Shown piece after piece: positions 24,620 to 31,787 of a stretch of 64,000 bases of DNA. The stretch lies in IMG/VR virus record IMGVR_UViG_3300045988_145476. The stretch is one strand, 5' to 3'. Source of the stretch: a virus. The translations under genes were made by a program, and so were the position numbers. The notes below the pieces were generated by a model that did no database searches, was not told the origin of the DNA, and worked only from the letters and a program-made list of their open reading frames with translations. Numbering within the stretch: the stretch's first letter is position 1; each line of letters starts with the position of its first letter.

Positions 24620-25014
24620 TGCTTAGCCCCTTGCAAATTCGGATGCTTAAAGGACTTGTTTGCCCTTATTGTCACCGACCCACCCAGCTTGTAGACAGTT
24701 CCGAAGTGTATGGCCGTTCTTATGGTATGATTTATTTGTGTAGACCTTGTAATGCGTACGTGGGATGCCACCAAGGAACGACCAACGCTTTGGGACGTGT
24801 CGCAAATGCTGAATTGAGGATAGCCAAAAAGTTGGCGCATGAAAAGTTTGACCCGTTATGGAGAAACGGTTACATGACAAGGCATGAAGCGTACAAGTGG
24901 TTGTCTGACAAATTAGGAATCCCTGCCGAATATACCCATATAGGAATGTTTAATGTGGACACTTGTCACAAAGTTGTTTCCCTTTGTATAAATTATCTTC
25001 AAGAAAAGTTATGA
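24619..25014 (+). CDS. DUF3268-like zinc-finger protein
   Basis: 'CPYCHRPTQLVDSSEVYGRSYGMIYLCRPCNAYVGCHQGTTNALGRVANAELRIAKKLAHEKFDPLW' matches the DUF3268 zinc-ribbon pattern as I remember it. Confidence 0.6.
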   Translation: MLSPLQIRMLKGLVCPYCHRPTQLVDSSEVYGRSYGMIYLCRPCNAYVGCHQGTTNALGRVANAELRIAKKLAHEKFDPLWRNGYMTRHEAYKWLSDKLGIPAEYTHIGMFNVDTCHKVVSLCINYLQEKL

Positions 25015-25307
25015 ACCTTACTTTTGACGAAATGATAGAGAGGACTTTACGCCCGAATGTACATACGATATTCTATTCCTTGAAGAAAGTGGTAGATGAA
25101 GTTCTCCCTTTACTTGGGATAAAGGAGTTTTATGTGAAACCCGCCCATCCGGGTTGCAGAGGGGTCGAGTTCTTTGTACTATCTAAAGAAGACAAAGAGA
25201 AGATGGAATCCCTTTTGTGTAAAAACTACAAATACGGTGATAGGATAATCATTTTCTCCCCATTAAGAGAAAAAGGCATATTCTATGCTTCTGTACGTAG
25301 AAGTTAA
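25011..25307 (+). CDS. hypothetical protein
   Basis: The ATG at 25011 forms an ATGA overlap with the upstream stop. Confidence 0.5.
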   Translation: MNLTFDEMIERTLRPNVHTIFYSLKKVVDEVLPLLGIKEFYVKPAHPGCRGVEFFVLSKEDKEKMESLLCKNYKYGDRIIIFSPLREKGIFYASVRRS

Positions 25308-25348
25308 CTTTAAATAAACGTGTATTTACTCATCAAAAGATATAGGCT

Positions 25349-25678
25349 ATGATTATAAAAGTACCAATTGTTACAGTAAGTAATGAAGAGGAATATTACT
25401 ATTACTGCTGTTGTAAAGACCTTCGTTGCTCCACAAAAGGTAATTCCGTAGAAAAAGTGGAGAAACAAATAGTACAAATGATTAAGAGCGTACTCACCCC
25501 TCTGGATATTGACTATCTGAAAGAGTTGGGCTGGTCGTATTCAGGCTCCGTATTGGAAAACCCAAAATATACTACCTATGACTTGCAGGATTTCCTAAAG
25601 GCTAACTGCCCATTCACTATTACGGAATCAACTCATATATTTCCCGTAAAGACAGTATCTATTCCAGTCGGTGAGTAG
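25349..25678 (+). CDS. hypothetical protein (weak HicB/UPF0150-like N-terminus)
   Basis: 109 aa. 'IIKVPIVTVSNEEEYYYYCCCKDLRCSTKGNSVEKVEKQIVQMIKSVL' loosely resembles the HicB-fold pattern. The resemblance is weak. Confidence 0.45.
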   Translation: MIIKVPIVTVSNEEEYYYYCCCKDLRCSTKGNSVEKVEKQIVQMIKSVLTPLDIDYLKELGWSYSGSVLENPKYTTYDLQDFLKANCPFTITESTHIFPVKTVSIPVGE

Positions 25679-25708
25679 ACCGTTTTCCACCTTTTAAGAA
25701 GGGGTAAT

Positions 25709-25740
25709 TTTGGTTTTGTCGTTCCGATAGACTATATTTG
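25709..25740 (+). promoter_or_regulatory. consensus Bacteroides-type promoter (TTTG-N20-TAtaTTTG)
   Basis: TTTG at 25709-25712 and TATATTTG at 25733-25740, 29 nt upstream of the dps ATG. Confidence 0.6.
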
Positions 25741-25769
25741 TGGTGTTGTACAACTTAAAAGATTTGATT

Positions 25770-26222
25770 ATGGTAACTATTCAAGAAGAAACAGCAGTTA
25801 AAATGCGCAGCTTGCTTGCGTCTTTGACAGTGTTTTATCAAAAGACCCATGTATATCACTGGGATTTGGTCGGTAGAAGTTTCAATCAGCTCCATGCGTT
25901 CTTCGAGGAACTCTATAATGAGGCGGTGAAAAATACCGATGCAGTCGCAGAACGTTTACGACAGGCAAATATACGTACTAACCTATCGTTGACGGAAGCG
26001 GTAAGACTTTCCGGAGTAGAAGATGACGTATCTGCCGAGAGTGACGAGGAAATGGTAACTGATTTGATACGTTCTCTGGCAATATTAACTGCCTTGCAAA
26101 CGGAAATATTCATGGAAGCCAATGATGCAAACGATTATGTAACGGCTGACCTAATGACCCAGCTAACCAAACAGGCCGATTTCAATAGTTGGTTCTTGAC
26201 CTCTTGGAAAGAAAACAGATAG
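25770..26222 (+). CDS. dps: Dps / ferritin-like DNA-binding protein
   Basis: 'FYQKTHVYHWDLVGRSFNQLHAFFEELYNEAVKNTDAVAERLRQ' matches the Dps signature (hvyHWnv.G..F..lH..fee.y.e....D.iAERi). I prefer the ATG at 25770 over the GTG at 25740. Confidence 0.8.
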   Translation: MVTIQEETAVKMRSLLASLTVFYQKTHVYHWDLVGRSFNQLHAFFEELYNEAVKNTDAVAERLRQANIRTNLSLTEAVRLSGVEDDVSAESDEEMVTDLIRSLAILTALQTEIFMEANDANDYVTADLMTQLTKQADFNSWFLTSWKENR

Positions 26223-26392
26223 TGAAAAAACAGTTTTTGTGTGTTAGTTTAATTCATTCAGTTAAGAATAGCGGTTCCCGTAGGTTATTTAGTAATGTTT
26301 CGTTTCGTATTAGTAGTAAATTGAAATGCACAGGATTTGCGTCCTTATAGACCAAGCGAGGTCGAACTATTGGAATTAGTTATTCGGTAAAG

Positions 26393-26422
26393 AGAGTGGC
26401 TTGTGAAAGTCGCTCTTTTTTC
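26393..26422 (+). terminator. rho-independent terminator
   Basis: AGAGTGGC (26393-26400) pairs with GTCGCTCT (26409-26416), giving 8 bp including two G-U pairs. A T6 run follows at 26417-26422. Confidence 0.55.
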
Positions 26423-26872
26423 TGCCTTGTCAGAACGAAAAACGGGTAAATTTATCTCTGAAACTAAGACAACCTCATTTTTCTATTTTAAAAAGACCAA
26501 TTTTTACCCTCTTCCAACAGATACTATCCACATGCAGGAAAAATTTCCTTTTTTGCAGGGAAAATCTTCCCTTTTCCATAGAAATAACATAACTGCCTAA
26601 CTAAGCTAACCAATAGAAAGTGTAGGGTAAACCGTACTTCTTTAAGTAATTACGTATGAACGCTCCCAAAAGAAAACAGATTCGCGGCTGAATGTTTTCT
26701 GTACTCTATAATACTTAATACTATATAATACTACATAAAAGATATATGTGGTGGGTTTCTCTCAAATTACGTAAACTCATGTGGTGGGTAATGGGTAGAT
26801 AGGTAGAAAAGAAAGGTTATTGTAGATACCGATAGAAAATGGCCCTACGCATACGTGTAGACGTGGTTGTGG

Positions 26873-27072
26873 GCTTATTCTAATTAGCTATTTACGGCAA
26901 TAAGCATTATTTTCCATGCGTAATTAGCGTTATTTACTGCGTGTAATTAGCTATTTTCTCTCTGTACGAGCGTTTATTTTAATTAGAAACGCAGTTATTT
27001 TAATTAGAAATACGCTTATTCTAACTGGAAATAGGTTTATTTTTCTGTGCAAATAAGCTATTTTAGGCGAAA
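26873..27072 (+). repeat. iteron-like array built on TTATT(N)TAATTAG(A/C)(A/T)A
   Basis: Core motifs at 26980 (TAATTAG), 27001 (TAATTAG) and 27022 (TAACTGG) are phased exactly 21 bp apart, each ending in GAAA. Degenerate units lie on both sides, including TAATTAG at 26881, 26921 and 26944. Confidence 0.75.
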
Positions 27073-27207
27073 TTTCCATAGATGTTTACAAAAACGCCTA
27101 TTTTTTAATTTAAGCCGATATTGATTATCAGATAGTTAGCAAAAAATCTCCTATGAAAGTATAAAAAACGCAGATTTAGAAATATTTTTACTTTCTAATT
27201 AGATTTT

Positions 27208-27223
27208 GGTTATTGCAATAACC
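27208..27223. repeat. perfect 16-bp palindrome GGTTATTGCAATAACC
   Basis: Read directly. Related GGTTATTG half-sites lie at 26815-26822, 28084-28098 (GGTTATTGTAATAAC) and 28147-28154 (reverse complement). Confidence 0.9.
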
Positions 27224-27428
27224 ACAACTACGTATGTAGATAACCAGTTACGCAGTAGAATTGGTGGTTTATTATGTGTAATTAGTATATAGCTGTATGT
27301 AACTATATGTAATTACCGCAGATTTATTATATAACTACCGGATTAATTGTTCCTGCGTGTTATTTTTCCGTATTAATTAAGTAGGAAATATATTATATAG
27401 AGTAATTGGGAGTTATTTTATTTATCGT

Positions 27429-27681
27429 ACGGCGAAAAATTTAATTTTTGGCGGGATAATTTCTAATTAGCGTATTATAATAAGTAATTAATCACCGTAA
27501 TAAGGAAAGATTTTATTCTCCGTGCGGATTATTCGTATTATCTACGGGAATATTATATGAATTTCTAACTGGAAACCTTTTTACGGCGGAAAATTAAGTA
27601 GTAATTATATTAGTTAGCGTATAAAGCGAAAAACAATTCGGCGAATTTTTAATTTACGGCGGGATAATAGTACGTAGCGTA
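27429..27681 (+). repeat. three copies of a composite ~40-45-bp repeat (CGGCG-A/T run-GGCGGGATAAT-TAGCGTA)
   Basis: R1 27429-27474, R2 27583-27621 (degenerate) and R3 27639-27681. GGCGGGATAAT occurs at 27450 and 27658. TAGCGTA occurs at 27468, 27615 and 27675. Confidence 0.7.
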
Positions 27682-28171
27682 GACAGGATTTCAGTTCACG
27701 GAGCTGAATTTACTGGCAGGGGGGTACCCTTAAATGGAATGCGGCGCACGGTCGGCTTGGGGTAGTACGGTTAGGTAAGAAAGGAGTGGTGGAAAGTCGG
27801 ACAATAATTAGTGTATATATGATAACTTCGGAAGTTTGTGTATGTGTGGTAACTTTGGTGGATACGGGTGGTGTGCGTGTGAAAATCGGTGGTAACGGGT
27901 GAAAAACGGGTGATTTGGAAATGTACTTGAAAATACAGGGTGCGGTTGACGTTTGGTGTGGAAATAAATTGCCGGAAGTTTGGAGTTCTCACTAAATATT
28001 AGTATATTAATATATAATTACTTGTATATAGTACTATGAAAGATATAGTGTCCGGATGTTTGGGATGCTTATCGGTCGGTTATGGTTATTGTAATAACTG
28101 GTAGTCGGTACGGTGGTATTTCCGTTAAATAATGTTATTATATAAACAATAACCAAATATTTTACCGGATA

Positions 28172-28207
28172 TGTTTGGTTATCTTATATAAAGTAACTAT
28201 ATTTGTA
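28172..28207 (+). promoter_or_regulatory. consensus promoter inside 36-bp repeat copy 1
   Basis: TGTTTGGTTATCTTATATAAAGTAACTATATTTGTA. TTTG at 28174-28177, N20, TATATTTG at 28198-28205. It is identical to 30727-30762. Confidence 0.7.
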
Positions 28208-28270
28208 ATGTGAAAAACGAAACGCACCTATCGGTATATTGCTGACGGGTAACCAGAAAATCCTACGACA

Positions 28271-28462
28271 ATGAAAACGAAAGAAATCAAGAAGCAACTC
28301 GAAATGATGTACAATTTCTATGAAGCGGATGCGCAGCTCTGTGCGATGGCTGACATGAACTACAATTGGGGAATGCATATCGAACAGGGGTACCAAATAA
28401 TCTCTGAGCGATTAGGAGTCAGTGTTGACGAAGTAAGAAGCGTTGACGAATGTTGTGAATAA
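28271..28462 (+). CDS. hypothetical protein
   Basis: 63-aa ATG ORF, first gene after the promoter. Confidence 0.5.
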   Translation: MKTKEIKKQLEMMYNFYEADAQLCAMADMNYNWGMHIEQGYQIISERLGVSVDEVRSVDECCE

Positions 28463-28476
28463 AAAGCATAAGGACT

Positions 28477-29019
28477 ATGGAACGAAACGAATTAATCATG
28501 GAGATACACAAATGTTCTCCGATGTATCCAGTTAAGAAGTTGCAGCAGATGAATGACGACACGCTGGCTAATCTCTACAAGTGGACGTGCAAACCTGCGA
28601 AAGTGGTAAAGGACGACCGTCTTTATTCCCAATCGGGAGACGTGGTGAAAGTAAAGGAAACGTATGAGGAGAAATGCGGTGAGTTGCTTGACCCGTACGA
28701 CCCGGATTATCTGAGCACGTCCCCTACGAAGGACGACCCTATCTCCCCTTATGAGAAACGGTTCCTGCATAAGGTGTCTATCTTGCAGAACAAGTTGCGC
28801 AGGGAAGGCGTTTCCGCTGACTGGGACGAGTACCGCCAGTGTTTCCGTGTCGCAAGGTACATAAGTTCGTACCCGACTTATCGGTATGTGCGGGTGAACT
28901 TGGACGAGAACGACTATTCGTTCGGTGACGAAAAGGACGATTTCTTTTGGGACGGTAAAGTATCTGCCGTGGTTGCGGAAGTGAAAAAATGGGTGAACGC
29001 CAAACTTATCAAAAAATAA
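28477..29019 (+). CDS. hypothetical protein
   Basis: 180-aa ATG ORF in a GC-richer region. The long antisense shadow ORF is judged spurious. Confidence 0.6.
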   Translation: MERNELIMEIHKCSPMYPVKKLQQMNDDTLANLYKWTCKPAKVVKDDRLYSQSGDVVKVKETYEEKCGELLDPYDPDYLSTSPTKDDPISPYEKRFLHKVSILQNKLRREGVSADWDEYRQCFRVARYISSYPTYRYVRVNLDENDYSFGDEKDDFFWDGKVSAVVAEVKKWVNAKLIKK

Positions 29020-29025
29020 AACGCT

Positions 29026-29223
29026 ATGAAAAGGATATGTGATTTTATACACGGACGGTTCGGACGCAAAGTTTTGAAACCGGGTTACAGGGAAATATGG
29101 GTTCGCACGATGTATTGCCTGCTGCTCGTAATCGGAGTACTGGCTATGGCGGTGGTCGTGCAAGTGTGGAGCTGGCTGGTCGGTTTCCTTAATGCGATGG
29201 CTTGGGGGACTACGGTATGGTGA
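29026..29223 (+). CDS. small membrane protein
   Basis: 65 aa. Hydrophobic segments 'MYCLLLVIGVLAMAVVVQVWSWLVGFL'. Confidence 0.45.
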   Translation: MKRICDFIHGRFGRKVLKPGYREIWVRTMYCLLLVIGVLAMAVVVQVWSWLVGFLNAMAWGTTVW

Positions 29224-29981
29224 CTATCGGTATATTCGGCAGGGAGTACAGGTTTTGTCGCAGTGTGAAGGCCTCTTACAGTGACCGGCATAATCGTGCG
29301 GTGAAACTTGCGGAAAGGTTCGAGAGCCTGTCCGAGAAGTTTGACGGTATGTTCAGTAGGGGCGGTTGCGGTGAGACGCTCAATTCCCGTCTGGCGCTTG
29401 CCTGCAAGATGATGATGTACACCGGCATCCGTATCGGTAACGAGGGAAGTGCCGAGGGGTATATGACTAAACCGCACCCCAATTCCAAGGAACAGCCCCA
29501 GTTCGTGCAGACGTACGGCCTTACCACGCTTCTTCCCCAGCACATGAGTATCAGACGTGGGAAAGTGTACCTTAACTTTCTTGGTAAGAGACGTGTGGAC
29601 AACAGCTTTGTACTTGACGGTAAACTCGCAGGACAGGTTAGGGACATGTCCGGGTATATCTCCGAGGGGGAAACCCTTTTCGAGATTACTTCCTACGAAC
29701 TTACCAAGTTCATAAAGAAGTATGTGGGCAGACAGTTTACCCCGAAGGACTTCCGTACCATGAGGGCTAATATGTACGCATGGGAAAAGTTCGAGGAGAT
29801 ATGCGAAAGGGAGCTGCCCAGTACCAAGACCGAGTATAACGGAGAGGTTAAGGAAATCGCCACTTATGTCAGCGAGAAACTCAACAATACTCCGGGTGTA
29901 TGTAAGAAAAGCTATATTGATGAACTGCTTTGGGACGAGTTCAGTGACGCCCGTCCCGTAACTAAAAGGAATAAAAAATGA
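29217..29981 (+). CDS. type IB DNA topoisomerase (compact, bacterial/poxvirus-like catalytic domain)
   Basis: All five catalytic-pentad contexts are recognisable: 'TGIRIGNE' (Arg), 'YGLTTL...LNFLGKRRV' (Lys), 'FTPKDFRTMRAN' (Arg), 'LNNTPGV' (Asn/His position) and 'CKKSYI' (Tyr). I prefer the ATG at 29217 over the TTG at 29202. Confidence 0.8.
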   Translation: MVTIGIFGREYRFCRSVKASYSDRHNRAVKLAERFESLSEKFDGMFSRGGCGETLNSRLALACKMMMYTGIRIGNEGSAEGYMTKPHPNSKEQPQFVQTYGLTTLLPQHMSIRRGKVYLNFLGKRRVDNSFVLDGKLAGQVRDMSGYISEGETLFEITSYELTKFIKKYVGRQFTPKDFRTMRANMYAWEKFEEICERELPSTKTEYNGEVKEIATYVSEKLNNTPGVCKKSYIDELLWDEFSDARPVTKRNKK

Positions 29982-30298
29982 ATAAACAAGAAGCTATCCA
30001 ATGGATGTTGCGTGGCGCAAGGCTCACGCACAAGTATTTCTCCTCTGACGAATGGGTTACTATCGGTGAGGACGGTCTTATCGAACTCGAAGACGGGGTG
30101 AGGTGTACCCCCGCTGAATTTTGGTCGTGCCGCAGTGGAGAATGTTTTGAGACGGGGTGGGATTTTGTAAGCTCCCCCGATGTATATACGTGTATTGCCG
30201 CAAGGGAGTTCAACTGTGCGGTTGAGGATGTTTCCCCTCTTGAGCGGGCATGTATGAAAAGCAAATATTTCGTTTTTATGTATAATTCTAAAAGATAA
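29978..30298 (+). CDS. hypothetical protein
   Basis: 106 aa with an ATGA overlap to the topoisomerase stop. 'EAIQWMLRGARLTHKYF...EW' is only loosely DUF2829-like. Confidence 0.5.
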   Translation: MNKQEAIQWMLRGARLTHKYFSSDEWVTIGEDGLIELEDGVRCTPAEFWSCRSGECFETGWDFVSSPDVYTCIAAREFNCAVEDVSPLERACMKSKYFVFMYNSKR

Positions 30299-30303
30299 AT
30301 GTT

Positions 30304-30657
30304 ATGGGTATTCATTTAAGTAAAAAACACGGGGTAAACCCAAGTATAGAAATTTGTGCCGTTTGCGGTAAGGGAATTGGAGTTGCATTACTCGGTAGGT
30401 TAAAGAATGATGCAGAGGCTCCCGGAGAAGTGTGCCTTGGAAATCTTTGTGACACTTGTCAGGGTGTAGTTGATGCCGGCGGTACCCTTATCATAGAGAC
30501 TGTTGACGGTGAACCATGCAGTAAGAACCCTACCCGTACGGGGCGTATCGTTGGTATCACGCACGAAGCCGCTGAAAGGCTCTTCCATAGTCACGCACCC
30601 GTTGCCTATATGGTACATACCGACTTTACAAATATATTCGGAGAATCATTCAATTAG
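30304..30657 (+). CDS. hypothetical protein with two CxxC pairs
   Basis: 117 aa, with 'CAVCGKG' and 'CDTCQG'. Confidence 0.5.
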   Translation: MGIHLSKKHGVNPSIEICAVCGKGIGVALLGRLKNDAEAPGEVCLGNLCDTCQGVVDAGGTLIIETVDGEPCSKNPTRTGRIVGITHEAAERLFHSHAPVAYMVHTDFTNIFGESFN

Positions 30658-30726
30658 TCGGTATCACTCTGATATAACAGTACTTATTCGGTTATTCCTT
30701 ATGCGTTAACTATTATTAATACTCTT

Positions 30727-30762
30727 TGTTTGGTTATCTTATATAAAGTAACTATATTTGTA
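30727..30762 (+). promoter_or_regulatory. consensus promoter inside 36-bp repeat copy 2
   Basis: Identical 36-mer to 28172-28207, lying 29 nt upstream of the ATG at 30792. Confidence 0.7.
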
Positions 30763-30791
30763 CATGAATTAAAACTAACAGTTGAGGATAT

Positions 30792-31460
30792 ATGAAGACT
30801 AACAGACAACAAGCGAAAGATATCATGGCACGTATCCATGAATTATTGCAGCCCCTCGCATCGGAGTTTAACATGAACGCATACGTGGACAGTGCAACGT
30901 TTTCCAGCGAGGGAACCTCTTTGAACTCACTTACTTGTAAGTTGCGGATAGTTCCTTTGGAAGGCGGAACGAAAGTAAGTTTTGAAAAAGCTCCCTCTGG
31001 CAAGTACCCCGTTGGCACTGTATGGTATTCGTCCAGTAAGGACATGTATTACAAAGTTCTCGAATGTGTTCTGAAACGGAAGTATTCCTATTCTGTTATG
31101 GCTTACGATGGTAAGAACGTTGTCAGCAGAACGACAGGAACCTTTCTTGATTCTTGCACGCAGGTAACTATTCCGACATTTGCGGATTTCCGACTTTACC
31201 TTACGATGGCTTATGACGACGACAGGCTTACTTCCCAACAGCTTACTATTTGGGATTCCGTTGATAATACGTACGCTTTTATCTTTCGTGAAAACGAGGA
31301 ACTGGCTCAGAAAGTGCTTGATTTGGTTGACAAACTTTCCGAAGCCACCCGAAAGGCTAACGTCAAGAGTATCTACGATACGCTGTTCATTAAGAAATCA
31401 ACCACCGCTCTAAATGATACTTATTTATTACTCAAAAAATTGTATAAAGATGGAAAGTAA
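30792..31460 (+). CDS. hypothetical protein
   Basis: 222-aa ATG ORF. Confidence 0.55.
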   Translation: MKTNRQQAKDIMARIHELLQPLASEFNMNAYVDSATFSSEGTSLNSLTCKLRIVPLEGGTKVSFEKAPSGKYPVGTVWYSSSKDMYYKVLECVLKRKYSYSVMAYDGKNVVSRTTGTFLDSCTQVTIPTFADFRLYLTMAYDDDRLTSQQLTIWDSVDNTYAFIFRENEELAQKVLDLVDKLSEATRKANVKSIYDTLFIKKSTTALNDTYLLLKKLYKDGK

Positions 31461-31782
31461 AAGAAACACTTCTGAGGTTAAAACCTTAATTCGTATCGGT
31501 TTTGAGAAACCGTCCTATTTTAAACGAAGCGTCTGGGTAAAAGTTGAACGGATAATGACGTTCCTGCAACACAGAGGCGAGGTTTATGAAAACAACGGCG
31601 AATGTAAATTCATCCCCCGTAACGGTAACTATACCGAACATGATTTGGAACGTTGGGCTAACATGTGGTTGGACTCTCCTTTTGAAGACCACCTTGACGA
31701 ACTCCGCAGATTGTCAGCGGAAACGGGACTCCCGTTAAATGACAAGCGTTTATTGAACAAATATTATAACTGTAAAAACTAA
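31450..31782 (+). CDS. hypothetical protein
   Basis: I chose the ATG at 31450 (MESKRNTSEV...). Confidence 0.5.
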   Translation: MESKRNTSEVKTLIRIGFEKPSYFKRSVWVKVERIMTFLQHRGEVYENNGECKFIPRNGNYTEHDLERWANMWLDSPFEDHLDELRRLSAETGLPLNDKRLLNKYYNCKN

Positions 31783-31787
31783 AGATT

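Noticed and set aside
26340-26400. Possible tRNA or tRNA-like element, because of GAGGTCGAACTA (T-loop-like GGTCGAA).
   Set aside because: I could not build an acceptor stem, anticodon arm or proper T-arm around it. No other GGTTCGAAT-type motif lies outside coding sequence in the window.
26403-26600. 65-aa ORF (GTG start) inside the repeat-rich gap. The 73-aa minus-strand ORF at 27771-27992 falls in the same category.
   Set aside because: The first has no ATG start and begins inside the terminator hairpin. The second is His/Thr/Phe-rich and is simply the complement of the G/T-skewed block. Neither resembles a real protein.
26873-27681. CRISPR array.
   Set aside because: The repeats are short (7-21 bp), heterogeneous and not separated by uniform unique spacers. 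No cas genes are present.
29978-30298. A second DUF2829/Tad2-like protein.
   Set aside because: Only the first ~20 residues (EAIQWMLRGARLTHKYF) loosely fit. The GWNGKG core is missing.
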